From an uncultured bacterium (lineage in GTDB: Bacteria > Cyanobacteriota > Vampirovibrionia > Gastranaerophilales > Gastranaerophilaceae), in the NCBI GenBank assembly GCA_946636615.1, contig CAMPBE010000003.1, forward strand, positions 15,928 through 79,927: 64,000 bases of DNA. The letters are read 5' to 3'. Made by a program: the position numbers and the translations under genes. Shown here one piece after another: positions 63,086 to 64,000 of the stretch. Within the stretch, counting starts at the first letter, position 1. The number at the start of each line of letters is the position of its first letter. Below the pieces are notes generated by a model. It was not told where the DNA came from. It saw nothing but the letters and a program-made list of their open reading frames with translations, and ran no database searches.

Positions 63086-64000
63086 ATGAAAAAGACAGTC
63101 ATTGCATATTTACACACCCATTGGGACAGAGAATGGTACAGGGAGTTTGAGGTATTTAGACTTCGACTTCTAAGAGTGTTTGATAATGTGCTTGATTTAT
63201 TGGAGCAGAATAAAATACCGTCTTTCTATTTTGATGGTCAAGTCAGTGCTTTGCTAGATTATTTGGAATTAAGACCGGAAAAAGAAAATCAGGTAAGGAA
63301 ATTTATTAAAGACAAAAAACTCTTTATCGGTCCTTTTTATACGCTTGTAGATGAATTTTTGACGGATGCTAATGCATTTAGAAAAAATTTAGAAATAGGT
63401 CTTAAAATTTCAAAAGATTTCGGATGTGAAGATTTTATCGGTTATTTAGCAGATACATTCGGACACAGCAAAAATATTCCGCCGTTGTTGAAAGAATTTG
63501 GTATTGATAAGTGCGTTGTTTGGCGTGGGTGTGGTGATATTCCGTCAGAGTTTATGTTTAACGGAATTAATACAGTCAATCTCGTAAGAGGTTATTTTAT
63601 GGATATCTTTTCCGCTCCTTTGTCTGTTGAGGATAAGGCGAAGTGGCTTAAAGATAACTTAGATAAAATTGCAGAAAAATCAGGTGATTATTTACTCTTG
63701 CCGATTGGCGCAGATCATTTGGGGGTCAAGCCGGATATTGTTGATCAAATCAAGGAAGTTAATAGAATACTGAATCAAGTTCAGAATGATAATTATTATG
63801 AGATAAAGCTTTCAAGTCCGTTTGAATATTTTGAACTCGTAAAAGATAGATTTTCTAATTTTGAGTGGAATGATGAGCTGAGGGATAACAGTAAGACATT
63901 TATTCTGCAGGGTGCTTATTCTTCCAGAACAAAGATAAAACAGAGCAATGTTAAAGCTTCATATCTGTTGAATCAGGCTGATTTATTGCAAAAAAAATAT
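63086..64000 (+). CDS. Glycoside hydrolase family 38 (alpha-mannosidase / mannosylglycerate hydrolase-like), N-terminal part
   Basis: Not in the ORF track because the frame stays open to the window end. Hand translation gives MKKTVIAYLHTHWDREWYREFEVFRLRL...DGQVSALLDYLE...FIGPFYTLVDEF...ADTFGH, which are GH38 N-terminal motifs. Confidence 0.8.
   Translation, partial: MKKTVIAYLHTHWDREWYREFEVFRLRLLRVFDNVLDLLEQNKIPSFYFDGQVSALLDYLELRPEKENQVRKFIKDKKLFIGPFYTLVDEFLTDANAFRKNLEIGLKISKDFGCEDFIGYLADTFGHSKNIPPLLKEFGIDKCVVWRGCGDIPSEFMFNGINTVNLVRGYFMDIFSAPLSVEDKAKWLKDNLDKIAEKSGDYLLLPIGADHLGVKPDIVDQIKEVNRILNQVQNDNYYEIKLSSPFEYFELVKDRFSNFEWNDELRDNSKTFILQGAYSSRTKIKQSNVKASYLLNQADLLQKKY

Overview
This is a 64-kb, low-GC bacterial chromosomal window with about 60 protein genes at high coding density, one tRNA, no rRNA, no CRISPR array and no recognisable transposase or integrase. 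Most genes are housekeeping: lysA-cdaA-yitT, H+-pyrophosphatase, mutS2, mtnP, trkAH, a TolC/adaptor/ATPase/FtsX-permease efflux operon, ybaB-recR, accDA-prmA-kdsB, an OmpR-type regulator, smpB, hydG, mnmA, an RpoD-like sigma factor, folE2, TPR proteins, sugar ABC permeases, an HMGL-type synthase, a histidine kinase and a partial GH38 gene. The lineage is an inference only. Diderm markers (TolC, KdsB), cyanobacteria-style markers (RpaB/Ycf27-like regulator, YggT/Ycf19) and fermentative markers (HydG, PPase, BcrAD-type activase) fit a non-photosynthetic cyanobacterial relative such as Melainabacteria/Vampirovibrionia. The main hunt results follow. (1) Two distant paralogs (12662..14572 minus, 36362..38473 plus) have conserved helical N- and C-termini, an unalignable central region and no signal peptide, which is a flagellin-like architecture without recognisable flagellin sequence. 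One is preceded by a near-consensus sigma-28/FliA-type promoter and the other sits next to an SLT lytic transglycosylase. (2) Directly downstream of tRNA-His lie two tandem ~150-nt elements. Each ends in a copy of the tRNA 3' end, each has its own intrinsic terminator, and complementary substitutions between them suggest structured RNAs. (3) An ~8.7-kb block between tRNA-His and smpB consists almost entirely of orphan genes and repeats, including a perfect 192-bp duplication. (4) A family of interleaved palindromic elements occurs at gene ends. (5) There are Met/Gly/Pro-repeat and other low-complexity orphan proteins, a shared upstream TTGT(A/T)ACA motif, a candidate small RNA and a tandem perfect palindrome in the sigma-factor promoter region. 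All functional calls rest on motif recognition by eye and no database searches were run.
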